Source of the DNA: Eledone cirrhosa
Lineage: Eukaryota
Direction: 5' to 3'
NCBI GenBank assembly: GCA_964016885.1
Contig: OZ024742.1
Coordinates: forward strand, 259,966,001-260,030,000
Length of the DNA: 64,000 nucleotides
The notes below the pieces were generated by a model. The model did not search any database and was not told where the DNA came from. It saw only the letters and a program-made list of their open reading frames with translations. Position 1 is the first letter of the stretch, and every line of letters starts with the position of its first letter. This document shows, piece after piece, positions 29,576-42,895 of this stretch. Both the position numbers and the translations under genes were made by a program.

Positions 29576-30315
29576 TATTTATATTTATATATATATATTT
29601 ATATATATATATTTATATATATATATATTTAGTTATGTAGCAGAGATTAATAGTTATGTAAAAAACAACATAAGGCAATTATTCCATTTACCAGTGGTTT
29701 CTTAAAAGCAAAAGATTTTGCTTTCAATCCTCAGAATGAAAAAATCCCGGTCTGTTTATTGAATTTGGATTTTAAAAACAAAAATGCAATCTATATGAAA
29801 GTGAGGCTGGAGAAAGAAGAAGGAAAGGAAAAATAAAATAAAACTACACATGCAAACGCACACACAAACACGCACACACAAACACGCACACACACACACA
29901 CACAAAAGCATACATACATACACACATATATACACACATATATGTGTATATAAATACACACATACATATACACATATATACATACGCACATAAATATCAA
30001 CACATCCATACATACACATACATATATACAACCACACACACATATATACACACATACATACGTATAGAAACATAAATATATATATATATACATATATATA
30101 TATGTACAAGCATACACATACACAAACATAGCCATACACACAACATATACATACATACATACATGCACACAATCATACATATATACAGACGTACATACAT
30201 ACACACACTCTCACACATAAATATACATATATAAATACATAAACACATACATACACATACACAAATACATGCACAAACACGCACACACGCGTATACAAAT
30301 ATACACACACATATG

Positions 30316-30423
<108 letters not shown>

Positions 30424-30551
30424 ATGTAGGAGGTGAGTTTTATTGTAGTACAATAAAGCAATGCAGATATCGGATAAGAAGCACTCTACAATTTGTAGGA
30501 CTGGAGTATACATAATATATAAGATCAAAAGATGGTTAAATGAGTTCCATG

Positions 30552-30622
30552 TATTTTATTATGCGCATTTCAAAAACAAATATCATCATGCAATAATATT
30601 TGTGTTTTCATCAGATAAAATA
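30552..30622 (-). ncRNA. Type I hammerhead ribozyme motif (family 2)
   Basis: Reverse complement reads TATTTTAT-CTGATGA-long stem II-GAAA-TGCGCA-TA-ATAAAATA. Confidence 0.85.
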
Positions 30623-30711
30623 GGAAGACATGATATGATGGTTAAAAACACTTGTGGATAGTGCAGTTTTAAATCAACATATGTGTTTTTAACCTTCATA
30701 TCATGTCTTCC

Positions 30712-30782
30712 TATTTTATCTGATGAAAACACAAATGTTATTGCATGATGATATTTCTTTTTGAAATGCGCATAATAAAATA
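30712..30782 (+). ncRNA. Type I hammerhead ribozyme motif (family 2)
   Basis: Stem I TATTTTAT/ATAAAATA, core CTGATGA...GAAA, palindromic stem III ATGCGCAT, AUA triplet. Confidence 0.85.
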
Positions 30783-30891
30783 CATGGAACTCATTTAACC
30801 ATCTTTTGATCTTATATATTATATATATATGTATATGTAGGAGGTGAGTTTTATTGTAGTACAATAAAGCAATGCAGATATCGGATAAGAA

Positions 30892-30972
<81 letters not shown>

Positions 30973-31099
30973 AAAGTTCTATTTAAATTGTTGGGATACA
31001 ACAAGCAAATATTTTTATAACTGATATAAAGCACTCAACAAATAATTGGAGTAAAAATACGATATTAACAAATGGAAACTATATTTATAAAACCATATT

Positions 31100-31164
31100 T
31101 ATTTCATTATACATATTTCAAGGACACCAAGTTAAATTATGGTGTGCTTTCATCAGATAAAATA
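31100..31164 (-). ncRNA. Type I hammerhead ribozyme motif (family 2-related) in palindrome 31061-31259
   Basis: Reverse complement: TATTTTAT-CTGATGA-aagcACACCA..TGGTGTcctt-GAAA-TATGTA-TA-ATGAAATA. Confidence 0.8.
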
Positions 31165-31260
31165 TAATATAGAGCAGTTTTATAAATAAATATTGACCTT
31201 GAAATATGTATAATGAAATAAATATGGTTTTATAAATATAGTTTCCATTTGTTAATATCC

Positions 31261-31330
<70 letters not shown>

Positions 31331-31477
31331 AAATGACCTGGGAGACTGTTTTGTCTGTGTTTGGCAGGTAAACAATGGCAGTTATATGTCGTGGGAATAT
31401 CTGAAAACTGTAAAATGACAAGGTATATGTAAGAAGCCAGAATATCATATTTCACTACAGGTATATTTTGGATAGAA

Positions 31478-31714
<237 letters not shown>

Positions 31715-31716
31715 GC

Positions 31717-31747
<31 letters not shown>

Positions 31748-31752
31748 TATAC

Positions 31753-32003
<251 letters not shown>

Positions 32004-32008
32004 TATAC

Positions 32009-32089
<81 letters not shown>

Positions 32090-32168
32090 TATATACATAT
32101 ATATATATATATACATATATATATACATATATATATATATATACATATATATATACATATATATATAC

Positions 32169-32235
<67 letters not shown>

Positions 32236-32292
32236 CATATATATATATATATGTATATATATGTGTATATATATATATGTATGTGTGTGTGT

Positions 32293-32390
<98 letters not shown>

Positions 32391-32759
32391 GTGTGCGTGC
32401 GTGTGTGTGTGTGTGTGTGTGTGTGCGTGCGTGTGTGTGTGTAAACGTTAATTAAAACAGTTTGAAGCGATGAGTGAATGTGAATTTTCGTAATATTGTA
32501 GTATTCTCAGCACGAAGGACTACGTATAGAAGTTTTGCCCGCGCAACTGAACTTAAATTTCTGTTGTTCTGACGCTGGAATAGGGAAACAAGAGAGCTCC
32601 GACATTAAAATGGCTTATACCTCGGTAGTTCTTGTAGCAGCGTCTATTTCTCTTCTTGAAAAAAAATTAAGGGGTCTGTATTACTCCAGTCCTGGTAAAG
32701 TGATTCAGCATCCCACACACGGATGATAATTCGGAGGAGCAAATGAATCAAAACGTCTC

Positions 32760-33345
32760 ACGGCAGTTTTTAAAGATCTCCAGCGACCTTATTGTACTTC
32801 AGCTTCAGGACTACACCCCGGACCTCCTCAGTAGTTGGGGCAGAAGTGAGGCAGTCATATGGCATCGAAGACTCATGGACGGTAGGAAGACCTGCTGGGG
32901 GACTTGCGTGGCTAAGTAGTTCGGCAACGTGGACACGCCAACGCTGTATGCCATCACTAATATCTATGATGACCATACCATTTTGACTCAGGATAGTCTC
33001 GCTCGTGGCTGAGTTAGGCCCTGTACTGGAATGGAGAAGACTATAAAGCTTTGGTGAGTTACCAACCAATGCAACACGTTACATATCTTCTGCGACGCTA
33101 CGCTAGTACCGATAGACCTAGCCATTTCTCGACGGAGACGGTGGTAATCACCACCGCCACTACAACGAACCTGATTGGTTTTATCCGCAAGTGCGAACGT
33201 TTGGGCTGAATTCCAGTCCTTTTTGTAGTTCCAAGCGTTTTGGATGCAGTTTTTTTAACCTTCTGCTTGAAACATCACCACAGGTCTACAGTGAGGAGAT
33301 CTGCCGATTGGAGAATTTCCAGTGAGACTGTGGATAGCTTCCGAC
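32760..33345 (-). mobile_element. Degenerate LINE ORF2 fragment (region upstream of the RT domain)
   Basis: RWRVHVAELL...PTTEEVRGVVLKLKYNKVAGD resembles the RW..HF..LL / EV..AI..LK..KA.G.D motifs. Confidence 0.65.
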
Positions 33346-33420
33346 TCGAACCGTCCAACCGGTATATATATGTACGTGTGTATATGTATATGTAGATAGG
33401 CAGGGATACATATGTAGGTA

Positions 33421-33477
<57 letters not shown>

Positions 33478-33653
33478 GTATCCCTGCCTACCTACATATA
33501 CATTTATATATACATATATATATACATATATACATATATATATATATACATATATACATATATATATATACATATATATATATATACATATATATATACA
33601 TATATATACATATATATATACATATATACATATATATATATATACATATATAC

Positions 33654-33710
<57 letters not shown>

Positions 33711-33771
33711 CATATATATATATACATATATATAATATATAAGGTCAAAAGATGGTTAAATGAGTTCCATG

Positions 33772-33842
33772 TATTTTATTATGCGCATTTCAAAAACAAA
33801 TATCATCATGCAATAACATTTGTGTTTTCATCAGATAAAATA
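33772..33842 (-). ncRNA. Type I hammerhead ribozyme motif (family 2)
   Basis: Same core and stems as 30552-30622. Confidence 0.85.
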
Positions 33843-33932
33843 GGAAGACATGATATGATGGTTAAAAACACTTGTGGGATAGTGCAGTTTTAAATCAACA
33901 TATGTGTTTTTAACCTTCATATCATGTCTTCC

Positions 33933-34003
33933 TATTTTATCTGATGAAAACACAAATGTTATTGCATGATGATATTTGTTTTTGAAATGCGCATAATAAA
34001 ATA
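33933..34003 (+). ncRNA. Type I hammerhead ribozyme motif (family 2)
   Basis: TATTTTAT CTGATGA aaacacaaatgttattgcatgatgatatttgttttt GAAA TGCGCA TA ATAAAATA. Confidence 0.87.
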
Positions 34004-34160
34004 CATGGAACTCATTTAACCATCTTTTAATATTATATATTATGTATACTCCAGTCCTACAAACTGTAGAGTGCTTCTTATCCGTTATCTGCATTGCTTT
34101 ATTGTACTACAATAAAACTCACCTCCTACATATACATATATATATATATGTATATATGTA

Positions 34161-34210
<50 letters not shown>

Positions 34211-34243
34211 CACATATATATATATGTATATATGTATATATGT

Positions 34244-34304
<61 letters not shown>

Positions 34305-34307
34305 TGT

Positions 34308-34370
<63 letters not shown>

Positions 34371-34379
34371 ATATATATA

Positions 34380-34417
<38 letters not shown>

Positions 34418-35139
34418 GTGTGTGTGTATGTGTGTGTGTGTGTGTGTGTGCGTATATGTATGCATAGTCGTTTGTATGTAATTAGATATGCAGACACACA
34501 CACACACACGTCTGTCATAAATAAATGTGCGTGCTAACAGAAATGCAAACCAAGATATTTGCATGTCACCAAACACACCTATACAATTGTCCTCGCTAGA
34601 AATATATGTAATATACAAATGTCCTTTTTTTCTGGTAATGTAATTGTCTTACATTATATATACACATGTCAAACCAGCACAACACCTGCCAAAACCAGCC
34701 ACAACACGCAAACATACATATATGACATTTTGTGAGTGTAGAAAAATAAATGTGCTGAACTATTTATACACACACACACACACATCACCCCACTCTCAAG
34801 AGCGTGAAACTAATAAACCTTTGTTCGTACTGCCTCTCTGTTTTGTTCCCGTTCAATTTTTTACTATATATATATATATGAGGAAAAAGAGACCTCTGTT
34901 ATAGTAATCGCACGATACTCCAGCAACATCAACAACTGAGGCACAGTATCTTATTTACTTTTAATGAAAGAGAATTTATATAATTCAATGCAACAATAGT
35001 GTGTGCGTGCACACACACACACTCACATATACACGTATACCTTGTCTTGTTATTGTGGAGTTTCTTCTATGTAGTCTGTCATCGTAAGTACATATTAGAA
35101 ACATCAAAGTAAAAAGACTCAAGATTAGTCTTAATAAAG

Positions 35140-35206
<67 letters not shown>

Positions 35207-35245
35207 TATATATATTTATATATATATATATACATGATGGCTTAA

Positions 35246-35734
<489 letters not shown>

Positions 35735-36148
35735 TTAAGCCACCATTCTGAGTTCAAATCCCGCCGAGGTTAACTTTGCCTTTCATCCTTACGGGGTCGA
35801 TAAAATAAAGTACCAGTAATGTACTTATTAATTGCTGGCCTTGTGCCAATAGTAGAAACAATTATTGATTTAGGTGTTGCAGAAACCCAAATATCGGAGT
35901 ATTCCATCTTCCCCGAGGGTCCGGGTAACTATTTCAATCATATCTTATTTTGTTTGACCCGTTTAGCTTGTTCGCTTTTTTGGCTAAGGTGGTTAATGGC
36001 TTCTTAACCATCGTCTCAGTTTGTATGACCATTTTAACTTATGTTTATAGCTCTGGTATCTTCATATCCATGGAGCGATTGTCTGCACAATACAGAAGTT
36101 GCGTTTCGCCAATTTCTACCGGCCGAAATGCGATTCTCGCTAAATTTA

Positions 36149-36189
<41 letters not shown>

Positions 36190-36389
36190 CGTTTCTGAAT
36201 TTGTTTAGCAAGATTCTTTATCTGAAAACGTGTGTTGAAACCGATATTGTTATACTTTGGGAGGGTCATGTTGACAATAAGAAACACACGCACCAGTTGC
36301 TTTCACTTCAATTTATTATAATAAATTTATAAATTTATAAATTTCCGGTTGGTTGGTTGGTTCCACAACCAGATGATTGTTTATATATT

Positions 36390-36432
36390 GTCAAAGTTCT
36401 TTCGTCACACATTCTGTGACCTCTTCAGTGAC
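36390..36432 (-). ncRNA. Minimal hammerhead motif in a Penelope pLTR (family 3); degenerate copy at 37199-37241
   Basis: Reverse complement: GTCA-CTGAAGA-gGTCACAgaatgTGTGAC-GAAA-gaac-TT-TGAC; lies just downstream of the GIY-YIG ORF end. Confidence 0.7.
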
Positions 36433-36582
36433 TGGGGATTCTTTTCTTTGTTTTTGTGCCTCTCCTTTGTTCTGTCCTACGCCATCTTGTTTTTGTGTGT
36501 GTTGTGTGCTTAGTTTGCGCATGTGTTACATCCGGGTGTCTGTGTGTGTTTATATTTGTTTATTTATTTGTTTATTTACATG

Positions 36583-36855
36583 TTACTGGTTGGTTGTTTG
36601 TTCTATGTGCGTGTGTGTTTTCATTTTGTAAGTTGTGATGTTGCTGTTCCATTCATGTTTTCTATTTAATTTTGGTTGGAGTTCATTTATGTTTATTGCC
36701 TCTGTGATTTGTCTAAACATTGCGTCTTTTCTGTGTGTAGATTCTATTTTTATTTCTATGTTCTCTAATTTACCCTTATGTTCTATTTTATCATGTTGGT
36801 AGAATACAGATGATTCTTTACTATCTTGAAGGTCTCGCCAGTGTTCATTTATCAA
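36583..36855 (-). pseudogene. C-terminal part of a Penelope-like GIY-YIG endonuclease, 5'-truncated
   Basis: EH...SSVFYQH...H...RQITEAININELQPKLNRKHEW fits the PLE endonuclease C-terminal pattern (EH, H-x3-H, R-x-x-x-EA-x-x-I, P-x-LN). Confidence 0.8.
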
Positions 36856-36968
36856 CCAACCAATCGGAAATTTATAAATTCCTAAATTTATAAATTTATT
36901 ATAATAAATTGAAGTGAAAGCAACTGGTGCGTGTGTTTCTTATTGGCAACATGACCCTCCCAAAGTAT

Positions 36969-37049
<81 letters not shown>

Positions 37050-37050
37050 G

Positions 37051-37080
<30 letters not shown>

Positions 37081-37082
<2 letters not shown>

Positions 37083-37714
37083 TTGTTATACTTTGGGAGG
37101 GTCATGCTGCCAATAAAAACACACCCTCCTGTTGGTTTTCACTTCAATTTATTAAAAGTTTCCGGTTGGTTCGATAACCGGAAAGTTGTTTATATATTGT
37201 CAAAGCTCTTTCGTCACACATTCTGTGACCTCCTCGGTGACTAGGTTTTTATTTTGTGTCCCTCCTTTGTCCTACACTATCTTGTGTCCTACACTATCTT
37301 GTTTTTATGTGTTGTGTTTAGTGTGCTTAGTTTGCGCATGCGTTACATCCGAGTGTGTGTGTGTGTTTATTTATCTATGTGTTTATTCATTTGTCACTAG
37401 TTGGTTGTTTGTTCTATCTGTGTGTGTCTGATTTCTTTTGTTAGTTTGTTTTTTGTGTGTGTCTGTATGTCTTCATGTTGTCCTTAATTACTAGTTGTGA
37501 TGTTGCTATTCCACTCATGTTTTCTGTTTAGTTTTGGTTGCAGTTCGTTTATATTTGTCGTCTCTGTGATTTGTCTGAGCATTGCATCTTTTCTGAGTGT
37601 GGGTATAATTTTTATCTCTATGTTCTCTAATGTGCCCCTATGTTCTATTTTGGCATGTTGCCAAAATAGAACATAGGGGGACATAGGGCACATTAGAGAA
37701 CATAAAGATAAAAA
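37081..37714 (-). mobile_element. Second 5'-truncated Penelope-like copy (endonuclease C-terminus plus pLTR)
   Basis: ORF 37484-37693 (RQITETTNINELQPKLNRKHEW); paralogous to 36240-36850. Confidence 0.8.
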
Positions 37715-38148
37715 ATGTGTGGGTCTAGTGTAGGAGAGCTATGCTAGTGTGGGGATTGTGTGGGGTTGTGTGGAACTGGGTCGGGCTGGGTCGAGCTGTG
37801 TGTCGCAGTGTGGGAGATGTGTTTGTGTATGACACAGTGTGGGTTAGTGTGCCACTGTGGTTCGCAATGTGTGGCTGTGTGGATAGGTATCGTTGTGTGG
37901 AGCTAGGGTGGTAGCTATATCAGTATGTGGCACTGTGTGATTGGTGTGTTAATGTGTGTGTTGGTGTACACTTATGTGTGTGGAACTGTGTTGAAATGTC
38001 TCTGTGTTGTTGGTGTAGGTGTTAATGTTTGTATGTTAGTGTATATGTATGTAGGACTTTTATTAGTGTGGATGTATATATATGTAGGACTTGTGCTGCT
38101 GCTGGTGTGCTAATGTGTGTATATACGTGTGTGAGGTGGTAGTGGGTG

Positions 38149-39350
38149 GATATGCCATAGAAATACAGTCAACAGAGGTGGTGGCGGTACTAATTTTGGT
38201 GGTGGTGGTGCTGGTGATGTTGATGGTGGTGTTGGTGATGTTGATGTTGGTGTTGGTGATGTTGATAATATGTAGATATGCCATAGAAATTCAGCCAATG
38301 TTGTTGATGGTGGTGGTGTTAGTGGTGGTGGTGTTAGTGGTGGTGGTGGTGGTGGTGATATGTAGATATGCCATAGAAATACAGCCAATCTTGGTGGTGT
38401 TGGTGGTGTTAGTGATGTTGGTGATGCTTGTGATGTTGGTCGTGTTGGTGATGCTGGTGATGTTGGTGATGGTGTTGATGATATTGATGGTGGTAATGAT
38501 GATGATGTTGATGGCATGTATATATGCCATAGAAATGCAGCCAATATTAATGGCGGTGGGGGTGATGCTGGCGTTGGTGGTGGTGGTGTTGGCAATGTTG
38601 ATGGTGTTGATGGTATGTAGATATGCCATAAAAATACAGTCAATGTTAGTGGTGGTGGTGGTGGTGTTATTGGTGATGTTGATGGTGGTGTTGATGGTGG
38701 TGGTGGTGGTGGTATTGATGGTGGTGTTATTGGTGATGGTGGTCTTGATGATGGTGGTGTTGGTGGTGGTGGTGGTGGTGTTGATATGTAGATATCCCAT
38801 AGAAATACAGCCTAAGTTAGTGGTGGTGGTATTGATGGTGGTGTTGGTGGTGGCGTTAGTGGTGTCATTGGTGATGGTGGTGTTGATGATGGGCGTTGTG
38901 GTGGTGTTGGTGGTGGTGATGTTGCTGATGATATGTATTCTATAGAAATACAGTCATTGTTAGATGTGGTGGTAGTGTTGATGATGGTGGTGGCGGTGGT
39001 TTTAGTGGTGGTCGTGTTGAGGTGGTGATGGCGGTGGTGTTAGCGGTGTTATTGTTGATGGTGGTGTTAGTGGTGTTATTGGTGATGTTGATGATGGTGG
39101 TGTTGGTGTTGGTGGTGTTATTGGTGATGTTGATGTTGATGCTGGTGGTGGTGGTGGTGGTGGTGGTGTTGGTGGTGGCGTTGGTGTTGTTATTGGTGAT
39201 GGTGATGTTGATGATGATGGTGGTGGTTGTGTTGGTGGTGGCTGTGGTGTTGGTGGTGTTGGTGGTGGCTGTGATGTCGGTGGTGTTGGTGGTGTTGGTG
39301 GTGGCTGTGATGTCGGTGATATGTAGATATGCCATAGAAATACAGCCTAT
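38149..39350. repeat. Interspaced repeat: about 30-bp conserved motif separated by variable (GTG/GAT/GTT)n tracts
   Basis: ATATGTAGATATGCCATAGAAATACAGCCAAT near 38149, 38268, 38358, 38516, 38615, 38784, 38931, 39319. Confidence 0.85.
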
Positions 39351-39454
39351 GTAAAACGCAGTTTATAGTTCTCTCAATATGTAAATTTAACTGAACAGAT
39401 TCAACATAAAAGGAATAATAATGGCTAATCAGACATTGTAGGGAGGGGGGAACC

Positions 39455-42400
39455 ACTGATATAGTGGGGGAAGCAATAGTGAGATAGTGTGAGGGGGGAT
39501 ACTGATATAGTGTGGGAGGATACTGATATAGTGTGGGGGACTACTGATATAGTGTGGGGGATTACTGATATAGTGTGGGGGGATACTGATATAGTGTGGG
39601 GGACTACTGATATAGTGTGGGGGGATACTGATATAGTGTGGGGGACTACTGATATAGTGTGGGAGTACTACTGAGATAGAGGGGGGAGTACTGAGATAGT
39701 GTGGGGGACTACTGATATAGTGTGGGGGGATACTGATATAGTGTGGGGGACTACTGATATAGTGTGGGGGACTACTGATATAGTGTGGGGGACTACTGAT
39801 ATAGTGTTGGGGGGATACTGATATAGTGTGGGGGACTACTGATATAGTGTTGGGGACTACTGATATAGTGTGGGGGACTACTGATATAGTGTTGGGGACT
39901 ACTGATATAGTGTGGGGGACTACTGATATAGTGTGGGAGTACTACTGATAGTGTGGGGGACTACTGATATAGTGTGGGGGACTACTGATATAGTGTTGGG
40001 GACTACTGATATAGTGTTGGGGACTACTGATATAGTGTGGGGGACTACTGATATAGTGTGGGGGGATACTGATATAGTGTTGGGGACTACTGATATAGTG
40101 TGGGGGGATACTGATATAGTGTGGGGGACTACTGATATAGTGTGGGAGTACTACTGAGATAGAGGGGGGAGTACTGAGATAGTGTGGGGGACTACTGATA
40201 TAGTGTGGGGGGATACTGATATAGTGTGGGGGACTACTGATATAGTGTGGGGGACTACTGATATAGTGTGGGGGACTACTGATATAGTGTTGGGGGATAC
40301 TGATATAGTGTGGGGGACTACTGATATAGTGTTGGGGACTACTGATATAGTGTGGGGGACTACTGATATAGTGTTGGGGACTACTGATATAGTGTGGGGG
40401 GATACTGATATAGTGTGGGGGACTACTGATATAGTGTGGGAGTACTACTGAGATAGAGGGGGGAGTACTGAGATAGTGTGGGGGACTACTGATATAGTGA
40501 GGGGGACTACTGATATAGTGTGGGGGACTACTGATATAGTGTGGGGGACTACTGATATAGTGTGGGGGGATACTGATATAGTGTGGGGGACTACTGATAT
40601 AGTGTGGGGGATTACTGATATAGTGTGGGGGGATACTGATATAGAGGGGGGAGTACTGAGATAGTGTGGGGGGATACTGATATAGTGTGGGGGACTACTG
40701 ATATAGTGTGGGGGACTACTGATATAGTGTGGGAGTACTACTGAGATAGAGGGGGGAGTACTGATATAGTGTGGGGGACTACTGATATAGTGTGGGAGTA
40801 CTACTGAGATAGAGGGGGGAGTACTGAGATAGTGTGGGGGACTACTGATATAGTGGGGCAGTACTACTGAGATAGTGTGGGGGACTACTGATATAGTGAG
40901 GGGGACTACTGATATAGTGAGGGGGACTACTGATATAGTGTGGGGGACTACTGATATAGTGTGGGGGGATACTGATATAGTGTGGGGGACTACTGATATA
41001 GTGTGGGGGATTACTGATATAGTGTGGGGGGATACTGATATAGTGGGGGGGACTACTGAGATAGAGGGGGGAGTACTGAGATAGTGTGGGGGACTACTGA
41101 TATAGTGTGGGAGTACTACTGAGATAGAGGGGGGAGTACTGAGATAGTGTGGGGGACTACTGATATAGTGTGGGGGACTACTGATATAGTGAGGGGGACT
41201 ACTGATATAGTGAGGGGGACTACTGATATAGTCTGAGGGGATACTGATATAGTCTGGGGGGATACTGATATAGTGGGGGGACTACTGATATAGTGGAAGG
41301 GGACTACTGATATAGTGGGGCAGTACTACTGAAATAGTGAGGGGGACTACTGATATAGTGAGGGGGATTACTGAAATAGTGAGGGGGACTACTGATATAG
41401 TCTGAGGGGATACTGATATAGTGTGGGGGACTACTGATATAGTGAGGGGGACTACTGATATAGTGGGGCAGTACTACTGAAATAGTGAGGGGGACTACTG
41501 ATATAGTGTGGGGGACTACTGATATAGTGAGGGGGACTACTGATATAGTGAGGGGGACTACTGATGTAGTCTGAGGGGATACTGATATAGTGGGGTGGAC
41601 TACTGATATAGTGTGGGGGGATACTGATATAGTGGGGGGGACTGCTGAGATAGTGGGGGGACTACTGATATAGTGGGAGGGGATACTGATATAGTGGGGT
41701 GGACTACTGATATAGTGGAAGGGGACTACTGATATAGTGGGAGGGGATACTGATATAGTGGGGGGACTACTGATATAGTGGAAGGGGACTACTGATATAG
41801 TGGGAGGGGATACTGAAATAGTGAGGGGGACTACTGATATAGTCTGAGGGGATACTGATATAGTGTGGGGGACTACTGATATAGTGAGGGGGACTACTGA
41901 TATAGTGAGGGGGACTACTGATATAGTGGGAGGGGATACTGATATAGTGGGGTGGACTACTGATATAGTGGGGGGGGACTACTGATATAGTGAGGGGGAC
42001 TACTGAGATAGTGAGGGGGAATACTGAGATAGTGGGGGGGAATACTGAGGTAGTGGGGGGGACTACTGATATAGTGGGGGGGACTACTGATATAGTGAGG
42101 GGGACTACTGAGATAGTGAGGGGGAATACTGAGGTAGTGGGGGGACTACTGATATAGTGGGGGGGGACTACTGATATAGTGGGGCAGTACTACTGAGATA
42201 GTGTGGGGGACTACTGATATAGTGAGGGGGACTACTGAGATAGTGAGGGGGAATACTGAGATAGTGGGGGGGACTACTGATATAGTGGGGGGGACTACTG
42301 AGATAGTGAGGGGGAATACTGAGATAGTGGGGGGGACTACTGATATAGTGGGGCAGTACTACTGATATAGTGGGAGGGGATACTGATATAGTGTGGGCGA

Positions 42401-42895
42401 CTACTGATATAGTGAGGGGGACTACTGATATAGTGGGGGGGACTACTGAGATAGAGGGGGGACTACTGAGATAGTGAGGGGGACTACTGATATAGTGAGG
42501 GGGAATACTGAGATAGTGGGGGGGACTACTGATATAGTGAGGGGGACTACTGATATAGTGGGGGGGGACTACTGATATAGTGGGGCAGTACTACTGAGAT
42601 AGTGTGGGGGACTACTGATATAGTGAGGGGGACTACTGAGATAGTGGGGGGACTACTGATATAGTGAGGGGGAATACTGAGATAGTGGGGGGACTACTGA
42701 TATAGTGGGGGAGTACTACTGAGATAGAGGGGGAATACTGAGATAGTGGGGGGACTACTGATATAGTGGGGGAGTACTACTGAGATAGAGGGGGGAGTAC
42801 TGAGATAGTGTGGGGGAATACGGAGATAGTGGGGGGAGTACTACTGAGATAGAGGGGGAGTACTACTGAGATAGAGGGGGAGTACTGTGATAGTG
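39455..42895. repeat. G-rich 21-bp minisatellite (TGGGGGACTACTGATATAGTG)n
   Basis: About 3.4 kb tandem array with position-dependent variants. Confidence 0.95.

Larger units (their letters stand above)
30424..30893. mobile_element. Family 2 island: 138-bp-arm palindrome (30514-30820) flanked by a direct repeat of the terminal segment
   Basis: Arms 30514-30651 and 30683-30820; atgtaggaggtgagttttattgtagtacaataaagc occurs at 30424 and about 30835. Confidence 0.85.
33734..34131. mobile_element. Second family 2 palindromic island, terminal segment inverted relative to the first
   Basis: Nearly identical arms and spacer to 30514-30820; ends aactcacctcctacat. Confidence 0.85.

Noticed and set aside
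38149-39350. CRISPR array
   Set aside because: Eukaryotic context, spacers are low-complexity and very variable in length, no cas genes
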